A stretch of 64,000 nt of DNA from the human T2T-CHM13v2.0 reference genome, Homo sapiens: assembly GCF_009914755.1 (NCBI RefSeq), contig NC_060927.1, one strand, 5' to 3'. The notes beneath the pieces were generated by a model. The model searched no databases and was not told the origin of the DNA. It worked only from the letters and a program-made list of their open reading frames with translations. The position numbers were made by a program, and so were the translations under genes. Each line of letters begins with the position of its first letter. Within the stretch, counting starts at the first letter, position 1. This document shows positions 30,580 to 44,835 of the stretch, piece by piece.

Positions 30580-32399
30580 GTACCTTAAACCTCTAAAAAG
30601 ATGAGAGGTGGAGGTACAAGTCAAGGCTCAGATAAATCTGAGGCCTAAAGAACCGTAAGTAAAGCAAAGGGGTCTTTTAAACAGAATTTGAAACAGAACA
30701 CAAACAAGGAAAATGGTTTGCCTGCTACTCAGCAGGTTGCTGTCATTTTCACAAGTGACCATAAGAAAACAAATCAGCTCAGCCACCATGGAGGGAACAT
30801 GAGGCTGAGCTCTGATCCACACCCCAGCATGACGTTTGCCTGCTCCCCATGGGACAGTGGAAGGGCCAGGGGACCTGGGTATATGTGGGGCATGGACAGC
30901 ATTTACTGTCCCGTGGGTTACTTCATTTCCACTTTCTGTCAGTGATGTTGGGAAAATCATATTTAACTGTTTTTTTTTAACGTAAATACTTAGATGAAAG
31001 CTCCATCTATTTTTTCTGTTTTTTCTTTTCCTATCTTTTAAATGACTGTAACAATAGACAGCTATTTAAGATTTCCCCTTCTATTAAAACTGCTTGCTAA
31101 GCAAGCTTGTGAAATCAATACACTGTGATTATGTTACAAGCCAAGATAAGTGTTATTTCAAATATTTGATCAAATGGGTGTGTACAACACAGCCCCCATT
31201 TTAGATAGATTATATTTTTTTAGTGATTCTGTTTCCCCTTGTTCACCATGCCCTTGGAAAAATCGAAGCCCCCTCTTCTTGCAGAAGCATAATTTTAGAG
31301 CAAGATATGGTGTCCAAATGAAGTAAATGAAACATCCTCAGTTTGCTTTGTATTTCTGAAGATGTTCACAGTTCCTCAGGGGGCAATCTTAGATTTCTAG
31401 GACCACCTGGAGGTCTGGACACCAAAGAAACCACACTTAAGAAAAAAGAATTGTCAAAACTGGGCAAATCCCAGTTGTCACACTTAAGAAAAAATAATTG
31501 TCTAACTGTAAACTGTTTGACTCCTTAACATGTTGAGACAGTGAGCTAAGGAAATGGAATTTCGCTTCTTTTTGTGGAAGGTTTTTATGACGCCGACATA
31601 ATTGAGCCCATTGTTGGAGGCAAGCACCATGGATTTTTCAGTGTCATTATTGTATTTGCATCTTTGTGGATTAATTTAAGCGGGTTTTGCCGCTAGGGGT
31701 GAGTCACAATAATCGTTATCAAGCTTGGACAGGAAAAAGAAAGAGATCCATTTTCCAGGATCGTGAGGATAAAGTCCTCCTAAAATTACTTTGTGGTGAA
31801 AGGCTGATTGGGTCATTTTCACACCCCCAGGCTATGATAGGGTTTATTACAGTTTACAAGAGTTAGAGCATTTACCCTTGAGATGGGATTCAGAATCCCA
31901 GTTACCTCAGTGATCTGAAGGAATAAGGCAGGGCAGAGGTGACACAACAAGCCAGTACACTGTGTCTGCCCACTGGCCCTGGAGCCATTCTGTGGACTCT
32001 AGAGCTGTGTAGGTGGATGTCCTGGGGCTGCCGCTGGAAAGGTGTAGACAGCTGTGGAGGAGAGGAGGTGCACTGGGGCCAATCCTGAGTGCCCTCGTAA
32101 GTGGACCTGACTTATGTGACCATTTCTAGCATTATGTTACTCATTGTTTCCTCTGCAACTTGACGACTGGAGTAACCTCATCCGTCCTCACCCCTCCTGT
32201 CTGTATGGTATTGATGAATCTCTGGAATGAGGATGTCACAGTAGGGTTGCGTGACTTGGCATCCAGCAGGGATCTCTGGTGAGGGTACAGGGCTCTAGGC
32301 CAAGGGAACAGCCCCATCAATGGCAGTGTGAGTGCCTTTGGCCATTAGCTGTTTTCTGTTGATTTGTTTAACCTTCTAAACAGGTCTCTAGGGTGGGTA

Positions 32400-32781
32400 T
32401 TTTTTTTTTTCTTTCCATCTTTTGTGTTAGGTTCAGGAGGTACATGTGCAGGTTTGTTATATGGGTAAATTGCATGTCACATGTGTACAGATTATTTTAT
32501 CACCCAGGTAATAAGCATAGTACCCAATTGGTAGTTTTTTGATCCTCTCCCTCCTCCCACCCTCCACCCTCAAGTAGGCCCCAGTGTGTGTTGTTCCCTT
32601 CTTTGTGTCCGTGTGTACTCAGTGTTTAGCTCCCACTTATAAGTGAGAACATAGGCTGTTTAGTTTTCTGTTCCTCTGTTAATTCACTCAGGATAATGGC
32701 CTCTGGCTCCATCCATGTCACTGCAAAGGAGATAATCTCATTATTTTTTATGGCCGTGTATTATTCCATGGTGTGTGTGTA
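32400..32781 (-). mobile_element. Short L1PA (older, PA15/16-like) 3' end
   Basis: ggtacatgtgcaggtttgttat...tttagctcccacttataagtgagaac; TSD-like tgggtatt on both sides; sits inside a MIR. Confidence 0.88.
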
Positions 32782-33270
32782 TAGGTTGGGTATTATTATC
32801 CCCATTTTACAAATAAGGAAACCTCAGATCAGAGAGGCTTTGCCCCTTAGTAGTTGGATGCTTTTAGGAAAGTACCTCATATCCTGGTGCTATAGTTTCC
32901 ACTGCTGTAGAATGGAGGAGAACAAGGGATCTAGCCTGCCTTGGAGGTCTGCTGAGGGGGGATAGGAGGTAAAGTAAGCACCACGCCTATACCCCGGGAA
33001 GGACCCAGTGAAAGTTTCTCCTCCTCCTCCTCTTCCTCATCATTAATAACTTGTGTAGTCATTCTCAAACTTTTCATCCTGACACTTGACAGCTATTTCT
33101 CCTCTAAGAACGGAATGTTGCTTAATGTGGCATCATTTTGAAACAGGGTCTTCAGAGGTTAAAAAGAAAAAGTGAACCATCACAGAGCATCCTCAGTGAC
33201 CCACATTGCTTCAGCCAGTGTACAGGAAATACTTGTTTATTCTCCTTCTTTGTCTTCACCCTTATTTTTT

Positions 33271-35613
33271 TTCCAACTTTTATTTTATTTTTATTTTTAT
33301 TGTTGAGACTGAGGCTTGCTCTGTCACCCAGGCTGGAGTGCAGTGGCGCGATCTCGGCTCAACCTCCGCCTCCCAGGTTCAAGCTATTTTCCTGTCTCAG
33401 CCTCCCAAGTAGCTGGGACTACAGACGCCCGCCACCACGCCCAGCTAGTTTTTCTATTTTTAGTAGAGATGGGCTTTCACCATGTTGGCCAGGCTGTCCT
33501 CGAACTCCTGCCCTCAAGTGATCTGCCCACCTCGGCCTCCCAAAGTGCTGGGATTACAGGTGTGAGCCATCACGCCTGGCTTCAACTTTTATTTTTAACT
33601 TCAGGGGTACATGTGCAGGTTTGTTATATAGACACACTTGTGTCATGGGGGTTTGTCGTACAGATTATTTCATCACTTAGGTATTAAGCCTAGTACATAT
33701 TAGTTATTTTTCCTAATCCCCTCCGTCCTCCAAACCTTCACCCTCTGAAAGGCCCCAGTGTGTGTTGTTCTCCTCTATGTGTCCATGTGTTCTCATCATT
33801 TAGCTCCCACTTAATAAGTGAGAACAAGCAGTATTTGGTTTTCTGTTCCTGTATTAGTTTTGCTAAGGATAATGGCCTGCAGTTCCATCCATGTTCCTGC
33901 AGAGGACATGGTCTTGTTCTTTTTTATGGCTGCATAGTATTTCATGGTGTATATGTGCCACATTTTCTTATCATTGATGGACATTTAAGTTGATTCCATG
34001 TCTTTACTGTTGTGAGTAGTGCAGCACTGAACATATGCATGGGTGTATCTTTATAATAGACTGATTTATACTCCTTTGAGTATATGCCCAGTAATGGGAT
34101 TGCTGAGTCTAATGGTATTTCTGTCTTTAGGTCTTTGAGGAATCGCTACACTGTCTTCCACAATGGTTGAACTAATTTACACCCCCACCAACAGTGTAAA
34201 AGTGTTCCTTTTTCTCCACAACCTCACCAGCATCTGTTACTTTTTGACTTTTTAATAACAGCCATTCTGACTGGTATGAGACAGTATCTCATTGTGGTTT
34301 TGATTTGCATTTCTCTAATGATCAGTGATGTTGAGCTTTTTTAAATGTGATTGTTGGCTGCATGTATGCCTTCTTTTGAGAAGTGTCTGTTCATTTCCTT
34401 TGTCCACTTTTTAATAGGATTGTTTTTCTTGTAAATTTGTTTAAGTTCCTTATAGATGCTGGATATTAGACTTTTGTCAGATGCATAATTTGCAAAAATT
34501 TTCTCCTATTCTGTAGGTTGTCTGTTGACTCTGTTGGTGGTTTCTTTTGCAGAAGCTCTCTGGTTTAATTAGATCCCATTTGTCAATTTTTGCTTTTGTT
34601 GCAATTGCTTTTGGTGTCTTTGTCATGAAATATTTGCCTGTGCCTGTGTCCTGAATGGTATTGTCTAGGTTGTATTCCAGGGTTTTTATAGTTTTGGGTT
34701 TTACATTTATGTCTTTAAACCATCTTGTCTTAATTTTTGTATACAGTATAAGGAAGAGGTCCAGTTTTAATCTTCTACATATGGCTAGCCAGTTATTCCA
34801 GCATCATTTATTGAATAGGGAATCCTTTCCCCATTGCTTGTTTTTGTCAGGTTTGTCAAAGATAAGATAGTTGTAGGCATGCAGTCTTATTTCTTTCCTC
34901 TCTATTTGGTTCCATTGGTCTATGTATCTGTTCTCATACCAGTACCACTGCTGTTTTGGTTACTGTAGCCCTGTAGTATAGTTTGAAGTCAGATACTGTG
35001 ATGCCTCTAGCTTTATTCATTTTGATTAGGGTTGCCTTGGCTATTCAGGCTCTTTTTTAGTTTCATATGAATTTAAAAATAGTTTTTCTAGTTCTGTGAA
35101 GAATCTCAACGGTAATTTATTAGGATTAGCATTCAATCTATGAATTGCTTTGGGCAGTATGACCATTTTAACAATATTGATTCTTCTTATCCATGAGCAT
35201 GGGATGTCTTACATTTGTTTGTGTCATCTCTTATTGCTTGGAGCAGTGGTTTGTAGTTCTCCTTGTAGAGATCTTTCACCTCCCTAGTTAGCTATATTTC
35301 TAGGTACTTTATTCTTTTTGTGGCAGTTGTGAATGGGAGTTCATTCATGATTTGGCTTTCAGCTTCACTGTCGTTAGTGTATAGGAATGCTAGTGATATT
35401 TTGCACATTGATGTTGTATCCTCAGACTTTGCTGAAATCGTTTATGAGCTTAAGAAGCTTTTGGGCTGGGACTGTGGGGTTTTCCAGGTATAGGATCATG
35501 TCATCTGTAAACAGGGATAGTTTGACTTCCTTTCTTCCTATTTGAATGCCCTTTATTTCTTTCTCTTGCCTGATTGCCCTGGCCAGGAATTCCAATATTG
35601 TGTTGAATAGGAA
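33271..35613 (-). mobile_element. 5'-truncated L1PA (about 2 kb: ORF2 3' part plus 3'UTR), with an Alu in its tail
   Basis: Antisense L1PA sequence; TSD TTCACCCTTATTTTTT at 33255-33270 and 35614-35629. Confidence 0.93.
33285..33580 (-). mobile_element. Alu (AluSx/Sz-like) inserted in the L1 poly-A region
   Basis: Full antisense Alu; caacttttatttt on both sides. Confidence 0.94.
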
Positions 35614-35764
35614 TTCACCCTTATTTTTTTAAATCACTGCACTGAAGGCAAGGAGTTGTCTTTGGGCTACCATAGGTGAGGAAAAGAGATTTGCTCATGG
35701 GATTCCATGGCAGAAGAGCAAATGATTGCCTGGTATCTGGAGAACAACCTTTGTGTTATCCATC

Positions 35765-36134
35765 TGTATTGGCCTGTTCCCATGCTGGTAATAAAGACAT
35801 ACCTGAGATTGGATAATTTATAAAGGAAAGAGGTTTAACTGACTCACAGTTCCACATGGCTGGGGAGGCCTCACAGTCATGGCAGAAGGCAAAGGAGGAG
35901 CAAAGGCACATCTTACATGGTAACATGCAAGAGAGCATATGTAGGGGAGTGCCCCTTTATAAAAAGTCTCAGGTCTCGTGAGACTTATTCGCTATCATAA
36001 GAACAGCACAGGAAAGACCTGCCCCACCCCCATGATTCAATTATCTCCTACCAGGTCCCTCCCACAACACATGGGAATTATGGGAGCTGCAATTCAAGAT
36101 GAGATTTGGGTGGGGACATAGCCAAATCATACCA
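35765..36134 (-). mobile_element. THE1 (C/D-like) MaLR solo LTR
   Basis: tgtatt...aataaagacatacctgaga...ggctggggaggcctcaca...gatgagatttgggtggggaca; TSD CCATC. Confidence 0.93.
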
Positions 36135-36788
36135 CCATCCATCCATCCTTCCCTCTGTTCCTCTACAAGAGTTTTGGAGCTTCTGCCATGTGCTGGTCAA
36201 AGGGTACAGCAGAAGACCAAGAGGCAGTCTGTGCTTTCACAGAGATCACATTCTGCTGAACAGAAGAAGTAGAGAGATTTAGTTATGTAATTTCAATTTA
36301 TTTATTTTTTTAAGAAAAGCAAACTTCTAATCAGGGACAAGAGAAATGGAATAGGGCTGTGTTGGTGGCTGAGGTGATTACAGTGAGAGAAAATACAGTT
36401 TTCCTATTTTTAATGCCGAGTTTTGGCTCCGTAGGGGGAAAAGCAGGAAAATAATGCTAATAAGGTCTCTCTCTGCTTTCTTAAAGAGGATTATGTGATT
36501 TTCTCTATGGGATATGTGATATTGAAAGGTACAAATAAAAGGAAGTGTCTTTCAAGTAAGGAACCATCAGTAGAGGCTCCTGGGAGACTAGGAGGGCTCA
36601 GGCAGGAGGGGAATCCCCAGCATCTGGACACCCCAGGAGCTAAACGTTTTTGTGGCTATAACTTCCTTCATAGCCTCCTGCAAGATGGAGTACCTTGTGC
36701 CAGTATCTGCCAAGCAGCGTGGGATGCCAGGAATTTTATTTCACTTTGGTTTCTAATACACCCCTCTCTCTCTCTTTCTTTTTTACAG

Positions 36789-36920
36789 ACCCTGCAATTG
36801 TCAATGGGGTTTATTGGTCTGAATCTCTAAACAAAGTTTTTGTAGATAACTTTGACCGTGACCCATCTCTCATATGGCAGTACTTTGGAAGTGCAAAGGG
36901 CTTTTTTAGGCAGTATCCGG
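36789..36920 (+). CDS. CACNA2D3: CACNA2D3 internal coding exon (probably exon 6), 132 nt, phase 1/1; (D)[43 protein letters not shown](G)
   Basis: Pyrimidine tract ctctctctctttctttttacAG acceptor; donor CGG/GTGAGT; the peptide matches the alpha2delta-3 region preceding the VWA domain (WQYFGS motif of alpha2delta proteins). Confidence 0.97.
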
Positions 36921-38779
36921 GTGAGTATACCTGCATTGACAGTTATGACTCAGATTAATGATAACTGATAATGTGGTATTTTTCTTTAGGGTTCAAGGTT
37001 AAAACTTTTCTGCCTTTTCTTAGAAGAAAATGAAAGATGAATTCCAAACCTATTGTCAGGGTGCAGGACAGGAATGGCAAGGTGGCATCCAGATGGGCAC
37101 GCACACACACAGGACATGATCACAGGAATTCTCTGGACCTGCCCTGTTCTCAATAGAATAATTCACAGAGCTGTCACCAAATGTGAAGAACTGTAGTGTG
37201 AACTGTACCTTATTTAATACTTCTGAACAAGAGTTTGGCCTTATTACCAATACTGCTGCTGTTATTGCTATAATTATTATTATTGGGGAAAAGAGCATAC
37301 TTGGGCAATTAAATTCTCACTAACAGGTATAAGAAATAGAGAATTTGAACCGGATTTGTCCACCCAAGAGCTGACTCCCCTTGCAGGAAGATGTTGAAAT
37401 GGCCCAGGCGTCGCTGACGGCAAGAACCCCTCCACAGAGGGTGCTCCCAGCACCCTAGCACCCCCAGTACTCCCAGCGGTGCGTATCTCAGAGGCTGTCC
37501 ATCATGCCTTTGGAACAGGTGTTCCTTCTGGAGCCTTCCCAGGCCTCTGCTTTGTGATAGGATTTTAATTCTGGCTTGGTTTGAATTTTAATTAAAAAGG
37601 GAAGTTTTAATTTTGCTTACAAGTTGTGAAAACAGGACTCGGGGCTGCAACTGTGCCAACATCACAGCTGTAGAAATTAACAAGCTCAACCTAAAAGAAG
37701 GGGGAGAAAAACCCCACCCTGCATAATCTTGGAGCAATTAAGTGAAGTCTTTCATGTTTTCATTAAGTAAGACTAGGCACCTGATGCCTTCCCACTTTGA
37801 GGCACAGACTGCCGGCCTCTGCCTTGCGGAGCTGTTTGCCCCGCGCACAGCATCTGACCCTCGAGAATTGCCTGCTGGGTCTCTGCTTTGCCAGATTACA
37901 GAACATTTCCCAAGAGTCATGTTCAGCATGGCACACGTGCTTCCTCCCGGAGCTCACAGAAATGTAAACAATAAGCATCCTATTAAAGATAATGCCATAA
38001 TAAACAGTGGACGATTAAAGTTCCAGTGCCACCAAATTGCAGTCTGCCTTGATACACTCAACAGAGAGCAAATCTGGTGCAGATATTGCTGAAATCAGAG
38101 CCTAGGGGAGAGGTTCCTCTGCTTGGGAAGCCCCTGGGTAGCCAACCGTCTCGCTATGCGGCACTGTGAAGAGGGCAAGACAGATAAGTAGAAACCGCAG
38201 ATCACCTGTTGTCTCCTCCAACAGGGAGTCCTTAAACTATGGTCACGAGGACATTTGAAAATAAAGGGAATCCTCATAAAGGGTTTGTGTAATAGGGGAG
38301 ATTAATTTACATACAAGGTTTTTATCAGTCAGAACAATTGGTTCAGCCATGCTTACTGTTCTTTTAGGACTTTTGGGCAGGATGTGGCTCTGTAAAATGC
38401 CTGCATAATTTCTGTGTTAGTAAAGACGTGGGCCGCAGTCCACCAAGGTGTTTCAATGCCTTGATAAATGTCATGTGGCCACTCAACTCTGTGCTTGGTT
38501 CTGAACACAGAGCATACCTCTTGCCTCCTGGACATGTGACTCAAAGAGTGATCATGAGCATTTTGCGAGGATGTTTTTCTTTTCAGGATGCCTCTTTCCA
38601 TTGTTAGAGTGGTGTGAATCAGTGGCAAGTGTGCGTGTTCTTAAGCAGAAGGAGTCTTTCTTCAGTCTTACTGAGTTCTGGCTTTGTACCACTATATGAG
38701 GCCCTGAGGATAAAATCATGAACTAGACAAAAGAGGTCTCTGCCCTCATCCAGCTCCTTCTTGTGGGGACATGCATTTG

Positions 38780-39130
38780 TCGTGGATTTTGTTTGCAAGG
38801 GACAGAAACACAATTCCAGCTAGCTCCAGCAAGAAGCACACTTACTGGCTCATGTAATTTGAAATCTAGGGAGTGTGCCATTTGGGCGACAGCAATGAGA
38901 GACTGGAGCAAAGTCATTTGGAATTTGAATCCTTCCTTTCAGCTCTCATTTCTGCCTTCTTCCATTCTAACCTTGTCTCACTGGCAAGTGATCTCCTCGT
39001 AATGGGGAACAGGCCTGGCAGGATTTCTCAGTGGGGGTTCCAGGGGAGGAGACAGCATCTGTCCCAGTAGCTTGGATGAAAGTCCAAGAATTAGCCTGGT
39101 CTGAGTTGCTTGCCCACCACTGATGCCTGA
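38780..39130 (-). mobile_element. Old MLT1 (J/K-like) LTR fragment
   Basis: gtttgcaagggacagaaacacaatt...ttactggctcatgtaa. Confidence 0.5.
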
Positions 39131-39494
39131 AGAACTAGTGGGTAAGGTCAGCCATCCGAAACCCTGGGAACTAGTCAGGATTATTGTGGCTTTGCCTAGA
39201 CTGCATCCCCAAAGGAGGGGGCATCAGTGACCACCATGGGGAGATAGACAGGCAAACATCATCATGGTACAGTGCGTTTCATGCTAAGCTGAGGGAAATA
39301 GAAGGTGCTGGGTGATCACTGAGAAGGATCACCAACTCCAACTCCTGGCGTGAGAGGAAAGAGTCCTGGGAAGGAGAATTTTGGTAAGCATTAGCCTGAA
39401 AGCCTTGGCGTGATGATGATGTCCATTTCTGCATGGCTTCACACATAGGCCTTCACCAGTTCAATTTATGTCCTAAGGGCATGTGGTAACTCTC

Positions 39495-39705
39495 TTGTGT
39501 CTCTCAAAAGGACTTTATGAGATGGTGGAAATGTTCTGTATCCTATCTAATATCACTAATGTCACTGGCCACACAGGGGTAGTGAGCACTTGAAGTGTGC
39601 TAGGTGAGGCTGAGGAACTGAAATTTAAATGTTATTTAACTTTATTTAAAATTAAAATTAAATGGCCACACGTGGTTAGTAGTCACCATGTTGAATAACA
39701 TAATG
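39495..39705. mobile_element. MER3 (hAT-Charlie MITE)
   Basis: gatggtggaaatgttctgtatc...gagcacttgaagtgtg...gaggaactgaaatttaaat...aaatggccacacgtggttagt. Confidence 0.78.
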
Positions 39706-41465
39706 CTGTAGGAAGAGACTTCTGTAGTCTGATACCCCGTTTCCAAGGGACCAGCCTTATCTTTCAGGGCTTGCATTGCAAAAAGGTCTTACTGAACAGA
39801 TGACTTCATTAGGCTCTATAGTTCTTACTTTATAAAATGGGAACTCTACCCTGAAATCCTGAACCATCAGGCTTTCAACTCCTGTCTCCTCTACTATAAT
39901 ATTTGCCCCTGGGAGGAGTCATTTGTTTTGTCCATTACTCTGTCACTAGCTGCAAGAATAACACATAGTGGGTGCTCAATATGTGTTTGTTGAATGAATG
40001 AATCACCCATTAGATCAAACTCCACCAGATCTGTTGTCTCCCATCACACCAGTGGCAGCTGCCCTCTCTCTTCAGACAGAATAGAGCTATTGCCTCTTTG
40101 GGGGAGCTGGTCCCCAGCTGCACTCTGGTAGAGACTTGATGACTCAGCAAGGAGCTGGCATAAATGCAGTACAGAGCCATAGTCCCTTTATGTTCTCATT
40201 GATCCCTCTCCTCCAAGTCTTCCTAGTACCTGCCCTTTCCACCCCACTGCCCACCATGTCCTGGACACTGGGCATGCCCATCTGTTGGCTATTTCCTTCT
40301 GATGCTTTATGACCATCTCATCTAATGAGTAGTGTTCTCCAGGCTCCCCATCTCCCAGGAGGCAGAGGATCAAAGGGCTGCACAGTCATCCCTTTTCCTG
40401 TGAGGCTTGACCAGTTCATCTTTTTATAGCCCTCTGTGGGACCCGTTTTCTACCTGGTTATTGGCTGAGGCCACCAGTGACTGATCTATTCTTCCTGTTC
40501 TGGCCAATTCTTAGCTTTATTTAAAATGATGTGGCTGGCTGACAGTACCTACCCATGTACTCTTACCTACATAAAGAAAACTGTGTCTATACATCACAGA
40601 CAGGTCACTGTCTAATCAAACACAGGACATCAGTTAGGTTCATGCATGATTATAAGAAGCCCTGGTCCCTTCCCCAACATCAGACTGTCACCTTTCTATA
40701 GCCGTACGCAGGGGAGTTTGTTCCTGTAGAAGGCTTGGTAATTACAAAGGTCAATGATTGTCTTATCCTTGCACTATGATTTGGCTGCCATAGGAAGGTG
40801 AAAGCTGGTTCATAGCTACAGCCACGATGAGGGAGCTGAACAGCTAAGTAAAGAGTTCTCCATAAGTTTGGACTCATACATGCTGTTTGCTAGTATCAAG
40901 TTCAGGTTCTGTGCACAGCATTACTTTTTGTTTCTTCCCTTCCATGCCTTCCTCACCAGGCTCAGGTTTAGCAATGGGGAGAGTATGATTGATATTAGGG
41001 TTTTCTTCCTTGGCTAGCTCAACAGGACTGCCCTAATAAAGATGATCATGGAACACCATAATTTATAATTTTCATAGCAACTGTCTTGCTATATCCTCAT
41101 ATTCATGGTGCGTAATCTCTCAGGAGATTGGCAAGAGAGATGGCATCTAGTTGAATAAAGGAGCTCTTTTTAGAGAAGTGCATAGGCAGCTTCTCAGAAG
41201 ACATTTTACAGCCAAGTTTGACTGTAGCTTGACTCACATTAGAAGCCAGCATGTATTTTTGATCAGATATTTTAGATCTAAAGTTATCTGGAAGGTATGT
41301 GTTTAAACTTTAAATTATGGGCCAAGTACTAAATATTTTTTGAGGAAGGAATTGGGCAGAACTTAGGGATAAACCAATGTCTGCCACCCCTTGATTTTCC
41401 TTCTTTCCACATCTTTCTGGACTTTTTGCTTTCAAGTAGGGAAGACAAATGCCATGTTTCAGTAG

Positions 41466-41950
<485 letters not shown>

Positions 41951-43783
41951 TAAAACCACAGGGCAAAAAGATATTCAGATTTTTATTGTGCTATTTGTTG
42001 TAGTCCTTCATAGTTCCATTACACAGTCTCAGACCTCATTGCCACACAGAATTATGTTGGGAACATGTGGCTTGACCTTCAGTCTTGTATCAGTCTCTGT
42101 TCCTTTGGCCCTACTGTTTCTTTTCACAAGCTAAAAGAGAACAGGAAGTCATAGGTTGTCTTAAATGAAATTAATTTTCCTCCAATGTTAGTTTGTAATG
42201 CCTGTGGGAGAGAACCCGTGGGATATAGCAGTGTTGCACAATGATTCAAATTCACTCAAATTTGAGCGTTTGAATCTGCAGCAGAGATTTGGACATTATT
42301 TTCAGTTTTACATAGGGATTTACGTACATTCTGGGGACAGGGGTGGCCGTGGTCTTAAGATCACTCACCACAGTTCAATTCAAGAAACATCCACTGAACA
42401 CCTCCCGTGGGTCAACACATTTAAAAAACAAAAAATAAAAAATTATCTTTATATCACACTCAAACCAGTTATTTGTGGAATTATAAATTGGAGCATTGCC
42501 TAGCCTCACCAGGGATATAACTTCACTGTTTCTCAAGACTGTGCCATCCTAATGGTACCTGGCTTTATGCAAAGCAATGTGTCAGATATTTTTAAATTAA
42601 TTGCATTCTTGTCCCTTAGTGTGCAACATCATATTAGTTGTATTTTATCTTTATTACCTAATGACCTCCAATTTGGCAGTAGCTTCTTATACTAACATTT
42701 TCTGATTTCTTATGGAGAGTGTTTTTAAATTAGACACATGTGCAGTGGGAAATGTAGGTACAAGAAGGACAGAACCCAATATCTCTTTGCATTACAGACT
42801 ACTGTCTCAAGGTTATCTGTGTGATAATTTGGGGATGTTATCTTCAGCAGATGCCTGTTATTAGCCCATTGTGGTCCTGTAGAAAGCTGGCCATTGTTAA
42901 TCGGAAAAAAAGAATCTCAATGCCATCAGCTGAGTCAGGATTCTCTCCTGCGAAAACGATATTTCTGTTTTTATTTTCTTATCTCCAAAGTCTCTGTTGC
43001 AAATCCTCCATCCCTGAGCAGAACTGATGGTTGAAAACAGTGATTTTCTGTCTTATTTTTAAGCAGCCAATGCCTTTCTTTTCAAATGATATTTTATTCT
43101 TAAAAACTAAGTTGGATATATCCTGACTAGGCTGCAAACCACAAGACTAAGGATGTTGGATCTGATTTTACACATGGGGAAAACTCCCCAGGCTTCAGGA
43201 GCTGAAATTCAAACTTTATTATGCAGCATAATGAGAGCCATTTTATTTCATTTCAATGTGGAAAGCCAGGCCAAAATTTCTGATTTTAAAAACAGGAGTG
43301 AGGAGGGAACAGACCCGTGTATATCCTTAGTTGGAAACATTGTATCTATGCTTTCAACCCCCCTCCTGTAGACATTACATCACCTGGTCCAGGGACGGGC
43401 CAGACTCTGCCCAGAGATCTATGGATGATCCCCCCAGGTGCAACAACTTGCTGGACAGTAAGAAATGACTTCGGCTACCTTTATCCCTAGCCAAGGGAAG
43501 GAGCTGGAGTCACATACTCTCTCAATGGACAGCACAGTCCTAAAAATATCTCCACTCTCTGCAGGCCTTTGGAGAAGCTGAGCTAGCGCTGTGTTTGCTA
43601 TAGGGTTATGGCCCAACAGCTCCTTCCTGGATTTGGCGATGGAGCATGTGATGAGCTCTGGGGTTGGTCTTTGCATGTGATTTTTCACCCTGTCCATTCA
43701 ATCAGCAAAGTAGAGCAGCCTTGAAATGCTATGAATAAATATTTGAAGTTTCTGGGTTTCTCATAACCCCATTTTTCTTCTAG

Positions 43784-43844
43784 GGATTAAATGGGAACCA
43801 GATGAGAATGGAGTCATTGCCTTCGACTGCAGGAACCGAAAATG
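43784..43844 (+). CDS. CACNA2D3: CACNA2D3 coding exon (probably exon 7), 61 nt; (G)[19 protein letters not shown](W)
   Basis: Acceptor atttttcttctAG; donor ATG/GTAGGC; the frame continues from the previous exon; DCRxRxW motif of alpha2delta subunits. Confidence 0.96.
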
Positions 43845-43942
43845 GTAGGCAGTGGTCAGACCTCTTTGTTATTTCTCAAAGAGATATCTTGAAGAGAAGT
43901 GAAGTCAGGATTAATTTTGACTTAATTTTTCCCTTGACCTAG

Positions 43943-44093
43943 GTACATCCAGGCAGCAACTTCTCCGAAAGACGTGGTCATTTTAGTTGACGTCAGTGGC
44001 AGCATGAAAGGACTCCGTCTGACTATCGCGAAGCAAACAGTCTCATCCATTTTGGATACACTTGGGGATGATGACTTCTTCAACATAATTGCT
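43943..44093 (+). CDS. CACNA2D3: CACNA2D3 coding exon (probably exon 8), 151 nt; start of VWA domain with MIDAS DVSGS: [50 protein letters not shown]
   Basis: Acceptor tttttcccttgacctAG; donor GCT/GTGAGT; in frame with the flanking exons; DxSxS MIDAS motif. Confidence 0.97.
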
Positions 44094-44835
44094 GTGAGTG
44101 CACCGTTTTGTGCCTTCTTTGCACTTGGGTTCATTTGATCTTTTGGTAGTGACTGGTTAACATTGCTCTCGCTGTTAGATCCAGAGCATCTAGATGCCAG
44201 AACATGAGGCCTGGTTAGTCTCATGAAAGTTGACAGAGTCATGGACAGTGGAAGGCAGTGGAAGGGCTTTTGGAAATGCAGTTGAACACACGTTGCCTGT
44301 CTTAACCTACCACACAGCCACACCGCCACACCATCTGAGAGAATGACACACCAGATGTGGTATTCCTGGGGAGCTGACATTTTCAGATTCTTGGAAAACA
44401 GACTTAGCAAGATTTTCACCAAACCACTAGAATTTCTCACATGGAAATTAACTTCCAGCTAGGTTAGCCTGATGATATTGACGATGATAATAATTGATAA
44501 TAATAATAATAATGGCAATGAAGCAACTAAAATATGGAGAGCACTTTATGGCTCACAGAACACTTTATTTCAGCTTCTGGAAAAAAGGTGGCATTTATTA
44601 AATGCCTGCTTTTAATAAATGCCTTAATCTTCATATTTTTATTATCTTGGTTTTTCACAGCAAGTCTAGGAGGTAGGGGGTGGTTTGGGCATATTCTCAA
44701 ATGAAGGTGCTGAGATTGGAAGAGTGTCAGTAACTTGTCCAGGTCACAAGGCTGGCAAATGGGAGATCAGGGAACCAAGCCTGAGACCGGGCAGTCATGT
44801 AGCCTGGAAATGACCACTTATTCAGGTGTCCATCT

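Noticed and set aside
43922-44440. 172-aa minus-strand ORF over the MIDAS exon
   Set aside because: An antisense shadow of the coding exon extending into the intron, with no independent evidence.
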